A stretch of 64,000 nt of DNA from Desulfosudaceae bacterium (GTDB lineage: Bacteria; Desulfobacterota; Desulfobacteria; Desulfobacterales; Desulfosudaceae), in NCBI GenBank assembly GCA_963674745.2, contig CAXXDV010000003.1, positions 238,478 to 302,477 on the forward strand, in the 5' to 3' direction. This document shows positions 1 through 9,160 of this stretch, piece by piece. Numbering within the stretch: the first letter of the stretch is position 1; each line of letters begins with the position of its first letter. Both the position numbers and the translations under genes were made by a program. Below the pieces are notes generated by a model. That model was given only the letters and a program-made list of their open reading frames with translations, did not search any database and was not told where the DNA came from.

Positions 1-167
1 ACGAATGGGCCGAAGGCACCTACCTGGAACCGGACAAACGCTACGGTTATGTTTATCTGAATACAACGGCCAAGGCACTGTATGATTATCCGCTGAGTGA
101 CCCGGATGAATCCGGTGAAAATCATGATCATGATTCTGCGGAAAAGTATACACAGGAATACAAGTGG

Positions 168-854
168 TTGAAATACATGATCGAAAACACCGATGATCAT
201 TCGTTTTCCATTATAAACCGGTTTATTGACAACGACGCGGATGTACTGGAATTCGGTTCCGCGGCCGGCTATTTCACCCGCTACTTGACCGAGGAACGCA
301 ATGCTGCGGTGGATATTGTGGAAATAGACAGCGATTGCGCCGCCAAGGCGGCTGTATACGCTCGTGATTCCTACATCGGGGACATAGAGCAGTATGGATG
401 GAAAGACGCTTTTTCGGAAAAGCGTTATGACTATATTCTCTTTTCCGATGTACTTGAACATCTGCGGGATCCCTGGCGGACGCTGAAGGAATCCGTGGGC
501 ATGCTCAAGCCCGGTGGCCGGATCATTTTATCCGTGCCCAACATTGCCCATACGCAGATCCTGTCCAGCTTATATAACAATGATTTTTCCTATTCCGACG
601 TCGGTATTATGGACAGGACCCACCTTCGTTTTTTTACCGAAGCCACCCTTCGGGAATTGATTGATGAGGCCGGCCTGAACGCCGGTGAGGTGGTTCCGGT
701 AGAGGCCCCGGTGTTGCCGAAAAACTGCGGCACACGCTGGAATAAAATATATGTGCCGGCCAGGCTGTGGGAAGCACTCGCCTCCAAAGAACACGCCAAT
801 GCCATTCAATTTGTGGCATGTTGCCAGAAGGAAGATCACGATGGTGACAAATAA
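168..854 (+). CDS. Class I SAM-dependent methyltransferase
   Basis: The ORF carries the motif VLEFGSAAGYFT (SAM-binding motif I) and LKPGGRIILSVPN. The reading frame is open from nt 3 to 167, so this may be the C-terminal domain of a longer protein starting left of the window. An alternative ATG lies at 177. Confidence 0.75.
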   Translation: MKYMIENTDDHSFSIINRFIDNDADVLEFGSAAGYFTRYLTEERNAAVDIVEIDSDCAAKAAVYARDSYIGDIEQYGWKDAFSEKRYDYILFSDVLEHLRDPWRTLKESVGMLKPGGRIILSVPNIAHTQILSSLYNNDFSYSDVGIMDRTHLRFFTEATLRELIDEAGLNAGEVVPVEAPVLPKNCGTRWNKIYVPARLWEALASKEHANAIQFVACCQKEDHDGDK

Positions 855-1638
855 AGCAAAAGTGACGCGCGAACTGCACTGGGAAAATGACAATATCTTT
901 AAAATAGATGACGTGACTTTTGTTGTGGAAGCGGGAGACGGGTTATACAATGCAATCTCCGAAGAACAGACATTTGTTATCGGCAAGTCCCGCCGTCAGC
1001 TGGAAACGATCCAGGGATTGGACTTTCGTAACCCGGTTAAACGGGTTTTTGACCTGGGTATTTACAAGGGCGGCAGTGTCATGTTTTATCACAAACTGTT
1101 TTCCCCGGAAAAGATTGTCGCCGTTGATATTGACAACAAGCCGGTTGAACCCCTGGATGCTTATATCAGCGCCAACGGGCTCGACCGTACAATCCGTACC
1201 TATTATGGCGTGGACCAGTCAGACCCGGACGCGATGGGGGAAATCCTGCGGAAAGAGACGGAAGGACAGTTTTTCGACCTGGTGGTGGACGATGCTTCCC
1301 ATTTGCTCAAAGAGACCCGGGCGTCTTTTAATATGCTCTTGCCCCATGTCGCGCCCGGTGGATACTATATCATTGAAGACTGGGGCTGGGCGCATTGGGA
1401 AGGCGAACACTGGCAGGGGAAAGGTGGCCCCTGGCCGAATGAGCCGCCTTTGTCCAACCTGGTTTTTGAGTTGACCATGCTGCTGGCTTCACGCCCGTTC
1501 GTCGTCGAGTCCATTTTTCTGTTGCCGGCTTATGCCGTAATAAAACGGGGAACGGAAGCACTTGACCGCAAGTCGGGGCAATTCGATATTTCAAACAGCT
1601 GTCTGAATCGCGGCAAACAGGTGCAGTTCCTCGATTGA
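841..1638 (+). CDS. SAM-dependent methyltransferase (CmcI / rhamnosyl O-methyltransferase-like)
   Basis: I place the start at the internal ATG at 841, which overlaps the previous stop (ATGGTGACAAATAA). Motifs are VFDLGIYKGGSVMF, DLVVDDASH and GGYYIIED. The 751 start would overlap the upstream gene by about 100 nt. Confidence 0.65.
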   Translation: MVTNKAKVTRELHWENDNIFKIDDVTFVVEAGDGLYNAISEEQTFVIGKSRRQLETIQGLDFRNPVKRVFDLGIYKGGSVMFYHKLFSPEKIVAVDIDNKPVEPLDAYISANGLDRTIRTYYGVDQSDPDAMGEILRKETEGQFFDLVVDDASHLLKETRASFNMLLPHVAPGGYYIIEDWGWAHWEGEHWQGKGGPWPNEPPLSNLVFELTMLLASRPFVVESIFLLPAYAVIKRGTEALDRKSGQFDISNSCLNRGKQVQFLD

Positions 1639-1654
1639 CCGTTCCTGAAAATGT

Positions 1655-1681
1655 TGTAGGGGCAGGCCCCCGTGCCTGCCC
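1655..1681. repeat. GC-rich hairpin repeat TGTAGGGGCAGGC-CCCCGT-GCCTGCCC
   Basis: This is a perfect 8-bp stem. The 27-mer is identical to 41324..41350. Confidence 0.8.
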
Positions 1682-1777
1682 GGCAGAAGGAGTCAGGGGC
1701 TGGGGGTCAAATCAGCTCGTGAAATATCCGGGTTAAAGCAGAGCAACCGTTTTGGCGAAAGCGCCGGGCGGGCAAGG

Positions 1778-2485
1778 ATGAACATGAAACCGGCTTTATT
1801 TCTTCATATTCAAAAGACGGCCGGCACATCTGTGGTGAAGATGTGCCGTGAATATTATGGAGAAACGCTTGTTTCGCATATCGATTACCGCGGGCGTAAA
1901 CCCGAATCCTTTGAGGAAACGGGTTTTGTTTCCGGTCATTTCGGATATGGTTTTGCCCGACCGCTGATGGGCTCCCGATACAGCTTTACCTTTCTCCGTG
2001 ATCCCGTGGAGCGCGTTTTATCGTTCTATTATTTCTGTTGCCGGTCCGATCCGGATGCCTATGAAATTTACCGGCTGACACAGGAAAATACAATAAATGA
2101 TTTTCTGGACATGGGCCTGGATAATCCCCGGGTCAAAACCCATATCTGGAACCATCAGACCTGGCAACTGGCCTGTGGATGGGGGAATCCTTCCCAAAAA
2201 AGCATATTGGATTACGACGGGGAGGCGATGCTGGGCGAAGCCAGAACACATCTGGCTGAATTCGATTATGTCGGTTTTACAGAATCGTTTGATCAGGATA
2301 TTCATGTCATATTAAACAGTTTAGGCATCAGCCGATCCGCAAAGGCTTTAAAGACCAATGCGGGCGGTCCCAGACCCCGGAAAACCGATTTGTCCTCGTC
2401 CATCCGGGAACGGTTGGCCCGGCTGACGGAGCTGGATCAGACGCTGTACGATTCTGCTCTGGCCGGACGTTTAAAACGCGTCTGA
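1778..2485 (+). CDS. Sulfotransferase family protein
   Basis: It has the N-terminal FLHIQKTAGTSV motif (the HIPKTGGTS-type PAPS-binding motif of the Sulfotransfer_2-like family) and FTFLRDPVERVLSFY. Confidence 0.75.
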   Translation: MNMKPALFLHIQKTAGTSVVKMCREYYGETLVSHIDYRGRKPESFEETGFVSGHFGYGFARPLMGSRYSFTFLRDPVERVLSFYYFCCRSDPDAYEIYRLTQENTINDFLDMGLDNPRVKTHIWNHQTWQLACGWGNPSQKSILDYDGEAMLGEARTHLAEFDYVGFTESFDQDIHVILNSLGISRSAKALKTNAGGPRPRKTDLSSSIRERLARLTELDQTLYDSALAGRLKRV

Positions 2486-2571
2486 ACAGAATCCGGAACA
2501 CCGCCGCCCCCGGCCTGGCGGATTGGTATTGATGCCTTCCGGCTCAGCCGGTTGAGTTAAGGTGGAAATCG

Positions 2572-4551
2572 TTGTTTATGAGCGAACGAAAAGATCAGAC
2601 CGTATACCTTCATCTGGGAACGTATAAAACCGCCACTACTTTTCTGCAGCGCGTTTTGTGGAAGTCATACGATAATCCCGGCGGCGATATTTATTATCCC
2701 CGGGCCGGCATTTACGGAAACGCCCATCATTACCTGACAACAGAAAGTTTTCCGGGTTGGACCAACGGCGTGACGCCGGAAGAATACGAGCAGGCCTGGA
2801 AGCATTTGCTGGCGGATATCAGCGGGAGTAAGGCCGCATCTATTGTTATCAGCTCTGAGATGTTCTGCTCGCTCTCTTTGGCCCGGATACGTTATATAAG
2901 GGAGACGTTGCGCGACTACCCGGTGCGGGCGATTGTCTATTTAAGGCGCCAGGACCAATATATCTCTTCGATGGCGGCGCAAATGGTCAAAGGGTGTAAC
3001 GGCAAACCTGAATACTACACGGACTTGAACCGCGCCGTAAAATTCGTCCGGTCCGAAAAACAGTTTGATTATGAAATCATTTGTGACAAATGGGCATCAG
3101 TAATCGGGAAAGACAATCTGGTGGTGCGTCCTTTTGAGCGGAAGCAATTGCATAAAGAAGATATCCTGGCCGACTTTTTCCATTATCTGCTGGGCATGAC
3201 TGTCCCTCAAAGCGCCGTTCTCCCGGAGCGAAACATAAATCCCCGGCTTTGTCGTGATGCCCTTGAATTCAAACAACTGGTTAATCGTCTGCCGACCGAC
3301 AGGGATACCAAAATCGCCACCCTGCCCGGTCTTCTGGAATATTCACGGAAAATAGATTCCGGAACACAGAACATTTATCAGGAGCATGTGTTGCTGCCGC
3401 TGCCTGAGCGCCGGAAAATCCTTCACCAATGCGCGGACGGCAATGCTAATATTGCCCGCACCTATCTCGGACGGGAAGACGGTGTGTTGTTTATGGAACC
3501 GCTGAACGAACCGGTCGTTGAGTGGAAGCCATATCCCGGGTTAAATGTCGACACGATTGAGGCCATGGTCGGCTATCTGGGTGAGACCAATCCCGGTGTG
3601 GTAGAGCTTCTGGCGCGGGCGGCATTGTCAGCTGACAAGAATGATGCCCAATTGCTGCCTCTGGTTAAAGTGTTAAAAAGATACGTGAATAAAAACAGGT
3701 CGATCGCTTCATTGATGCCGACATCTTTGTTGCGTTCCCGCCCCATTCGTGTGCTGGGGCGATTTCTGGCCAAAACAAAGAAGGCTCCGGCGGTGGCGGC
3801 GCCTAAACACCAGCCGGAACAGGAAATCGCAAAACAGTTTGTCCCGGCCTTATTCCTGCATATCCGAAAGACAGGCGGTACCTCGATTGTCATGCAGGCC
3901 ATGGACCACTATGGCTATGAGAATGTGTGTGGTCATGGTGACTACATGGGCAAGCCGCCGCCGCATTTTAAAAATTTACCTTTTGTTTCCGGGCATTTCG
4001 GGTTTGATTACGCCAGGGAGTTGATGCCCGGTCGGTTTTCGTTTACGTTTTTAAGGGATCCGGTCGAAAGGATTCTTTCCCTGTATTCTTTCTGCCGGGT
4101 TCAGGACCCGGAGGAATTCCCCATCTACCGGGCGGCTTCGGATCATGACCTGGACGGATTTCTGCGGGCGGCTGAAGATGACGGCCTGGTCCGGGCTTAT
4201 ATCTGGAACAGCCAGGTCTGGTGCCTGGCCGCCGGACCCGGTTACGTTGAGACGCTGGAAACAGTGGCACAACCCGACGAAATGTTCAATCAGGCCCTTG
4301 AAAACATCAAACAGTTGTCGTTTGTCGGGATGATTGAGACCTTTGACGCGGACGCCGGATATATTATGCGGGCCTTGAACATGAACGCCGGCGAAAAAGT
4401 CAGAAAAGACAATGTCACCCGGGACAGGATTTCGGTTGAAGGCCTTCCGGAAAAGACGTTGCAGCTGTTAGCGGACCTGACCGAATGGGACCGGAAACTT
4501 TACGACACCGTCCGGCGCAAAAGAGACCGGTTAGCATACCAGGCGGATTGA
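2572..4551 (+). CDS. Two-domain protein with tandem sulfotransferase-type domains
   Basis: The N-terminal half carries YLHLGTYKTATTFLQ (a P-loop-like sulfotransferase-type motif). The C-terminal half carries LFLHIRKTGGTSIV and FTFLRDPVERILSLY, and is paralogous to 1778..2485. The start is either TTG 2572 or ATG 2578. Confidence 0.7.
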   Translation: MFMSERKDQTVYLHLGTYKTATTFLQRVLWKSYDNPGGDIYYPRAGIYGNAHHYLTTESFPGWTNGVTPEEYEQAWKHLLADISGSKAASIVISSEMFCSLSLARIRYIRETLRDYPVRAIVYLRRQDQYISSMAAQMVKGCNGKPEYYTDLNRAVKFVRSEKQFDYEIICDKWASVIGKDNLVVRPFERKQLHKEDILADFFHYLLGMTVPQSAVLPERNINPRLCRDALEFKQLVNRLPTDRDTKIATLPGLLEYSRKIDSGTQNIYQEHVLLPLPERRKILHQCADGNANIARTYLGREDGVLFMEPLNEPVVEWKPYPGLNVDTIEAMVGYLGETNPGVVELLARAALSADKNDAQLLPLVKVLKRYVNKNRSIASLMPTSLLRSRPIRVLGRFLAKTKKAPAVAAPKHQPEQEIAKQFVPALFLHIRKTGGTSIVMQAMDHYGYENVCGHGDYMGKPPPHFKNLPFVSGHFGFDYARELMPGRFSFTFLRDPVERILSLYSFCRVQDPEEFPIYRAASDHDLDGFLRAAEDDGLVRAYIWNSQVWCLAAGPGYVETLETVAQPDEMFNQALENIKQLSFVGMIETFDADAGYIMRALNMNAGEKVRKDNVTRDRISVEGLPEKTLQLLADLTEWDRKLYDTVRRKRDRLAYQAD

Positions 4552-4617
4552 CCAAAGCGCCGATAATCCGGATATCTTTCCCGGGTGAGTCACCTTGAAC
4601 CCGAGTCCCTGGCAAAA

Positions 4618-4643
4618 GGGCACCCACAGGGGGGTGCCCCTCA
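4618..4643. repeat. GC-rich hairpin repeat (GGGCACCC-ACAGGGG-GGGTGCCC, opposite orientation)
   Basis: It belongs to the same family as 1655..1681. Its stem variant is shared with 26557 and 50794. Confidence 0.75.
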
Positions 4644-4807
4644 TTAATTACGTCCTGCGCCTTGCACGAGCGCCCAAATCAACATGTGAAATATGCGGGC
4701 TAAGGGGTTTTGCTTATTGCAAGTCCGGACATAAAACAATATAATGCGTTGAAATAATATAATATAGGTCGGCAATAAGATTAAAACGCCTGGCCAGGAG
4801 GTGGTTG

Positions 4808-6001
4808 ATGACAGACCTGTCTGAAAACAGCGGTTCTCCCCGCTATGTTTACAACAGCCAGAAAACATATCTGGATTTACTTGTAAAGTCCGTTTTGGGG
4901 CTGATTTATGAAGACCCGCCTTATCCGCGTTTCGGGGATGAAGTGTTTAATCTGGATACCCGGCTAAAAGGCCTGGATTGGCCGACAAAGGCCCTTACCA
5001 TGGTCGGCCTTAAACGGTTGATGAATGCCCGGCAACTGGCTGAAAATGTAATTTGGGAAAACGTGCCCGGCGATTTCCTCGAAGCCGGTGTCTGGCGGGG
5101 CGGCGTCGGTATCATGCTGCGGGGGGTTTTGTCGGCCTACGGTGTATCTGATCGTTGTTTATGGCTGGCCGACTCTTTTGAGGGGTTGCCACCGCCGGAC
5201 AAAGACGCTTATCCGTCAGACAGTGCCTCCGAGTTTCACACCTGCCCGGAACTGGCGGTGAATATCGATCAGGTTAAAGGGAATTTTCGAAAATACGATC
5301 TGCTTGATGACCAGGTTGTATTTCTCAAAGGGTGGTTCAAGGACACCCTGCCTCAGGCGCCAATAGACAAGATCGCCCTGTTGCGCCTGGACGGGGACTT
5401 GTATGAATCAACCATGCAGGGCCTGGTTTCGTTATATGATAAAGTCAGTGACAACGGATATATCATTATTGACGATTATCATTGCGTGCCCCAGTGCGCC
5501 CAGGCGGTTGAGGACTTCTGCGCCAAAAGAAACATTTCCCCGGTCTTAAACGAAATCGACGGTGTCGGTGTCTATTGGCGCAAGCAATCCGCTTCGTCCG
5601 GATTGGCAGCGGATGCGTCCGGCGGCGATACAGGGGCGGCGGCAGACAGCGACGTGATGCAGCAGGACACGCATTATGTCAGAATCAATCAGGTCTTGAA
5701 TAAGCGTTATGTCCAACTGGCTGAAAGGGATGCCATGATCGCCGAAAGAGATGCCCGACTGGCCGAAAAAGACGCCCTGATCGTGGAAAAGGACGTGGCG
5801 CAGGCGGAGTTGATCGCGGACCGTGACGAGCAGTTGGCCGAGCGTGATGCCCGGTTTGCGGAACAAAAAGCATTGCTGGCCGAACGTGACGTCAGCATAC
5901 AGAATCTGGAGCATACCATTGAGTTGATGGAATACTCCAGGTCATGGCGTATTACCGCGCCATTGCGATATATCACAGGCCTGCTTTCCGGAAGAAAGTA
6001 A
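4808..6001 (+). CDS. TylF/MycF/NovP-family O-methyltransferase with C-terminal coiled-coil tail
   Basis: Motifs are GDFLEAGVWRGG and LRLDGDLYEST. The C-terminus holds about 9 heptads of xAERDAx followed by SRSWRITAPLRYI. The SD CCAGGAGGTGG precedes ATG 4808. Confidence 0.8.
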   Translation: MTDLSENSGSPRYVYNSQKTYLDLLVKSVLGLIYEDPPYPRFGDEVFNLDTRLKGLDWPTKALTMVGLKRLMNARQLAENVIWENVPGDFLEAGVWRGGVGIMLRGVLSAYGVSDRCLWLADSFEGLPPPDKDAYPSDSASEFHTCPELAVNIDQVKGNFRKYDLLDDQVVFLKGWFKDTLPQAPIDKIALLRLDGDLYESTMQGLVSLYDKVSDNGYIIIDDYHCVPQCAQAVEDFCAKRNISPVLNEIDGVGVYWRKQSASSGLAADASGGDTGAAADSDVMQQDTHYVRINQVLNKRYVQLAERDAMIAERDARLAEKDALIVEKDVAQAELIADRDEQLAERDARFAEQKALLAERDVSIQNLEHTIELMEYSRSWRITAPLRYITGLLSGRK

Positions 6002-6006
6002 TAAAT

Positions 6007-6951
6007 TTGTGTGTCAGTGTCATCATCGTCAATTATAACAGCGGCCGGCTGCTGGCACGATGCCTGAAGTGTCTTGCGCGGCAGACAGTGACGCCGCAAC
6101 AGGTGATGGTTGTCGATAATGCCAGTACCGATGGCTCCTGTGATCTGATTGAAACGCTCGACGGGATGACGCTTGTCCGGGCGGAGACAAACCTGGGGTT
6201 TGCCGCGGGAAACAATCTGGCACTGGCCCGGTGTAGCACCCCGTTTGTCGCGCTTTTAAATCCCGATGCCTTTCCCGAACCCGACTGGCTGGAATCACTC
6301 CTGGACGCGGCGGAGAAATATCCGCAATACGCCATGTTCGGCAGCCGCCTGGTGTCGGCGGAAAACCCCCGCCTGCTGGATGGTGACGGGGATTATTACC
6401 ATGTCAGCGGTATTGTCTGGCGGGAAGGCCATATGCGGCCGGTTAAAGCGCCGTCAGCGCCTCGGGAGGTCTTTTCCCCGTGCGCGGCAGCGGCCTTGTA
6501 TCGGACCGAAGCCGTTAGGGAAGCCGGCGGTTTTGACCCGGATTTTTTCTGCTACCTGGAAGACATTGACCTGGGTTTTCGTCTGCGCTTGAAGGGGTAT
6601 CGTTGCCTGCAGGTGCCGCAGTCCGTGGTTTACCATATGGGGTCGGCCGTTACCGGGGGGAAACGGGGTGATTTTGCGGTATATTACGGTCATCGAAACC
6701 TGGTCTGGGTATATTTCAAAAATATGCCGTCGTATCTGTTCTGGCTGTTTTTACCGCTGCATGTTTTCATGAACCTGATCAGCCTCGGCCTTGCTTTTAA
6801 AAGAGGCCAGAGCAGGGTCATGGCGCGGGCCAAGTTCGACGCCGTTACCGGTATTCCCCGGGCCTGGCGGAAAAGAACCGGGATACAGGGAGACCGCAGG
6901 GTTTCCGCCATTAACCTTTTTAAAGTTATGGATAAACGCATTCTCCGCTGA
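6007..6951 (+). CDS. Glycosyltransferase family 2
   Basis: Motifs are VSVIIVNYNSG, VVDNASTDGS, NLGFAAGNN and a DxD-like EDIDL. The start is uncertain: TTG 6007 is chosen because ATG 5944 overlaps the previous gene by 58 nt. Confidence 0.8.
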   Translation: MCVSVIIVNYNSGRLLARCLKCLARQTVTPQQVMVVDNASTDGSCDLIETLDGMTLVRAETNLGFAAGNNLALARCSTPFVALLNPDAFPEPDWLESLLDAAEKYPQYAMFGSRLVSAENPRLLDGDGDYYHVSGIVWREGHMRPVKAPSAPREVFSPCAAAALYRTEAVREAGGFDPDFFCYLEDIDLGFRLRLKGYRCLQVPQSVVYHMGSAVTGGKRGDFAVYYGHRNLVWVYFKNMPSYLFWLFLPLHVFMNLISLGLAFKRGQSRVMARAKFDAVTGIPRAWRKRTGIQGDRRVSAINLFKVMDKRILR

Positions 6952-7007
6952 CATGGGGTGTACGGAATCCGTGAACGGACATAAAATCCGGGAAAAGAAC
7001 TGAAAAT

Positions 7008-7910
7008 ATGTCTCTGGTATCCATTATTATCGTCAATTTTAATGCCGGGCAGGGGCTGGTCTCCTGCGTGTCTTCCATCATTGATGCGACCGATGGGGGC
7101 GAGATTATCGTGGTCGATAACAATTCCGCGGATACCAGTATGGATGATCTTGTGGCCGCTTACGGCAGCGAAAAAAGACTGAAAATCATTCGCAACAATG
7201 CCAACCTGGGATTTTCAAAGGCCTGTAATATGGGCACCAGGGCGGCTTCCGGTGACTTTTTGCTGTACCTGAACCCGGACTGTCTTATCGAAAAACAGAC
7301 AATTCCTGAACTGAAGGCTGTTTTTGAGCAACACCCGGATGCCGGCATGGCCGGCGGCCGGCTGCTGAATCCGGATGGATCGGAACAGGCCGGCAGCCGG
7401 CGGGATATCCCCACCCCCTGGCGGTCGTTCGTTCACCTGTCCGGTCTTGTATATTTTAGCAAGTTATTTCCCGGGGTGTTTTCGGGTTTTTTACGCCACC
7501 GTGAGTCCGTGCCGGAGGCCGAGATTGAAGTCGAGGCGGTTTCCGGTGCCTGCATGATGGTGCCGCGAAAGATTATTGACGATGTCGGCGGATTTGATGA
7601 AGCCTATTTTCTGCACGTGGAAGACCTTGACTGGTGCCTGAGGATACGGCAGAAAGAATGGAAAATATTTTTTGCACCCCGGGCCCGGGTGACGCATGCC
7701 AAGGGCGTGTGCAGCGCGCGGCGACCGGTATTTGTTGAGTGGCACAAACACCTGGGGTTGACCCGGTTCTTCTGGAAGTTTTTCAGGCACCAGGGGTTTG
7801 GCCTGGTGTTGCCGGTGGCCGTGGCCGGCATCTGGAGTCATTTTCTGCTGGTAGCGGTGTTCCGGTTTGTGAAAAGAGGGTTGCCTATCGATGGCCCCTC
7901 GACTCCTTGA
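7008..7910 (+). CDS. Glycosyltransferase family 2
   Basis: Motifs are VSIIIVNFNAG, VVDNNSADTS, NLGFSKACN and VEDLDW. Confidence 0.85.
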   Translation: MSLVSIIIVNFNAGQGLVSCVSSIIDATDGGEIIVVDNNSADTSMDDLVAAYGSEKRLKIIRNNANLGFSKACNMGTRAASGDFLLYLNPDCLIEKQTIPELKAVFEQHPDAGMAGGRLLNPDGSEQAGSRRDIPTPWRSFVHLSGLVYFSKLFPGVFSGFLRHRESVPEAEIEVEAVSGACMMVPRKIIDDVGGFDEAYFLHVEDLDWCLRIRQKEWKIFFAPRARVTHAKGVCSARRPVFVEWHKHLGLTRFFWKFFRHQGFGLVLPVAVAGIWSHFLLVAVFRFVKRGLPIDGPSTP

Positions 7911-7983
7911 ACCCTGGAACCCTGCGCGTCAATTGAATTTGGAAAGAACCTTAAAAAGAAAACATTAGACAGGTTAGAAAGAT

Positions 7984-8862
7984 ATGTCCGAAACAATCCT
8001 GGTGGCCGGAGGGACGGGTTTTACCGGCAGTCACACGGTGCCGTTGCTGGCCCGCCGGGGTTACAAACTGCGTTGCCTGGTTCGACCGGACAGTGACACC
8101 CGGCACCTGGAAAGCATCGGGGTGGAACTGGTGCATGGCGATCTTGACGCCCCGGAAAGCCTGAGCCGGGCCTTTTCCAACGTTTCCGCTCTAATCAGTA
8201 TGGTCGGCCTTCATACCGGGCATGCCGTCCCGCTGGTGGATTTGGCGGTCGCAGGAAACATTAAAAGAGCCCTGTTTGTCAGCAGCACATCTGTTTTTAC
8301 CCGGCCCGAAACAAAGACCAAAATCAATCTGGTAAAAGCGGAAAAGCATATCCTTGCCAGCGGGCTGGACCATACAATTATCCGGCCGACCATGGTTTAC
8401 GGCACCGATCAGGACGGCAATATCAGCCGTTTGATCCAATATCTGGCCCGATGGCCGGTGCTGTTTATCCCCGGCCCCGGGACCTGTCTGGTGCAGCCGA
8501 TCTTTGTGAAAGACGTGGCCGGGGCTATTGCCGATGCATTTCAGGCGTCCGTAGCTATCGGCAGAAGCTACAATATATCCGGTCGGGCGCCGTTGACTTT
8601 CAATGCCCTGGTGGATACGGTGTTATCCGTGCTGAAACGAAAAGTCGTCAAAGCCCATCTGCCGGTTTCACCGCTGGTCCGTGCCTGCAAATGGGGCGAA
8701 TCCAGAGGGTTTCCGTTTTTTGTGCGGGCGGACCAGATTGAACGGCTGAACGAAGACAAGGCCTTTGCATATGATGAAGCGGCCAGGGATTTCCAGTTTT
8801 CGCCGGTTCCCTTTGAAACCGGTGTAAGACGCCAGATTGAATCCATGGACTTGGGGCTGTAA
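7984..8862 (+). CDS. NAD(P)-dependent epimerase/dehydratase (SDR fold)
   Basis: It has the N-terminal ILVAGGTGFTGSH Rossmann motif. Confidence 0.75.
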   Translation: MSETILVAGGTGFTGSHTVPLLARRGYKLRCLVRPDSDTRHLESIGVELVHGDLDAPESLSRAFSNVSALISMVGLHTGHAVPLVDLAVAGNIKRALFVSSTSVFTRPETKTKINLVKAEKHILASGLDHTIIRPTMVYGTDQDGNISRLIQYLARWPVLFIPGPGTCLVQPIFVKDVAGAIADAFQASVAIGRSYNISGRAPLTFNALVDTVLSVLKRKVVKAHLPVSPLVRACKWGESRGFPFFVRADQIERLNEDKAFAYDEAARDFQFSPVPFETGVRRQIESMDLGL

Positions 8863-9032
8863 AAGCCTTTTTGGTTCGCAACTTGATGATTTCGGGCGGC
8901 TGCAAAACCCCTGGCTAAATTTCTCGAACTCGGGCTGACGCCCTCGAACAGCGAGAAATTTTTTACGCCAGGGCTTTTTCATCCTTTATCCCCGAAACCA
9001 TCAAATGTTGCTCACCAAAAAGGACTTTTACA
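8859..9032. repeat. Rod-like, roughly 174-nt palindromic element
   Basis: The outer arm GTAAAAGCCTTTTTGGTTCGCAACTTGATGATTTCGGG pairs with CCCGAAACCATCAAATGTTGCTCACCAAAAAGGACTTTTAC. An inner hairpin is formed by AAATTTCTCG...CGAGAAATTT. The element starts inside the TAA stop of the upstream gene. Confidence 0.65.
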
Positions 9033-9160
9033 GGGTGGGCGTACCTTTTGTGGAAGATAATGCGTTTATTTTGTGGCATTTTGTTGATTATCTTTCCAAA
9101 CAAAGTTATCTAAATCAAAAGCATGTCTCTTAGAACAAAAATGAGAGTAATATCCTCGTG

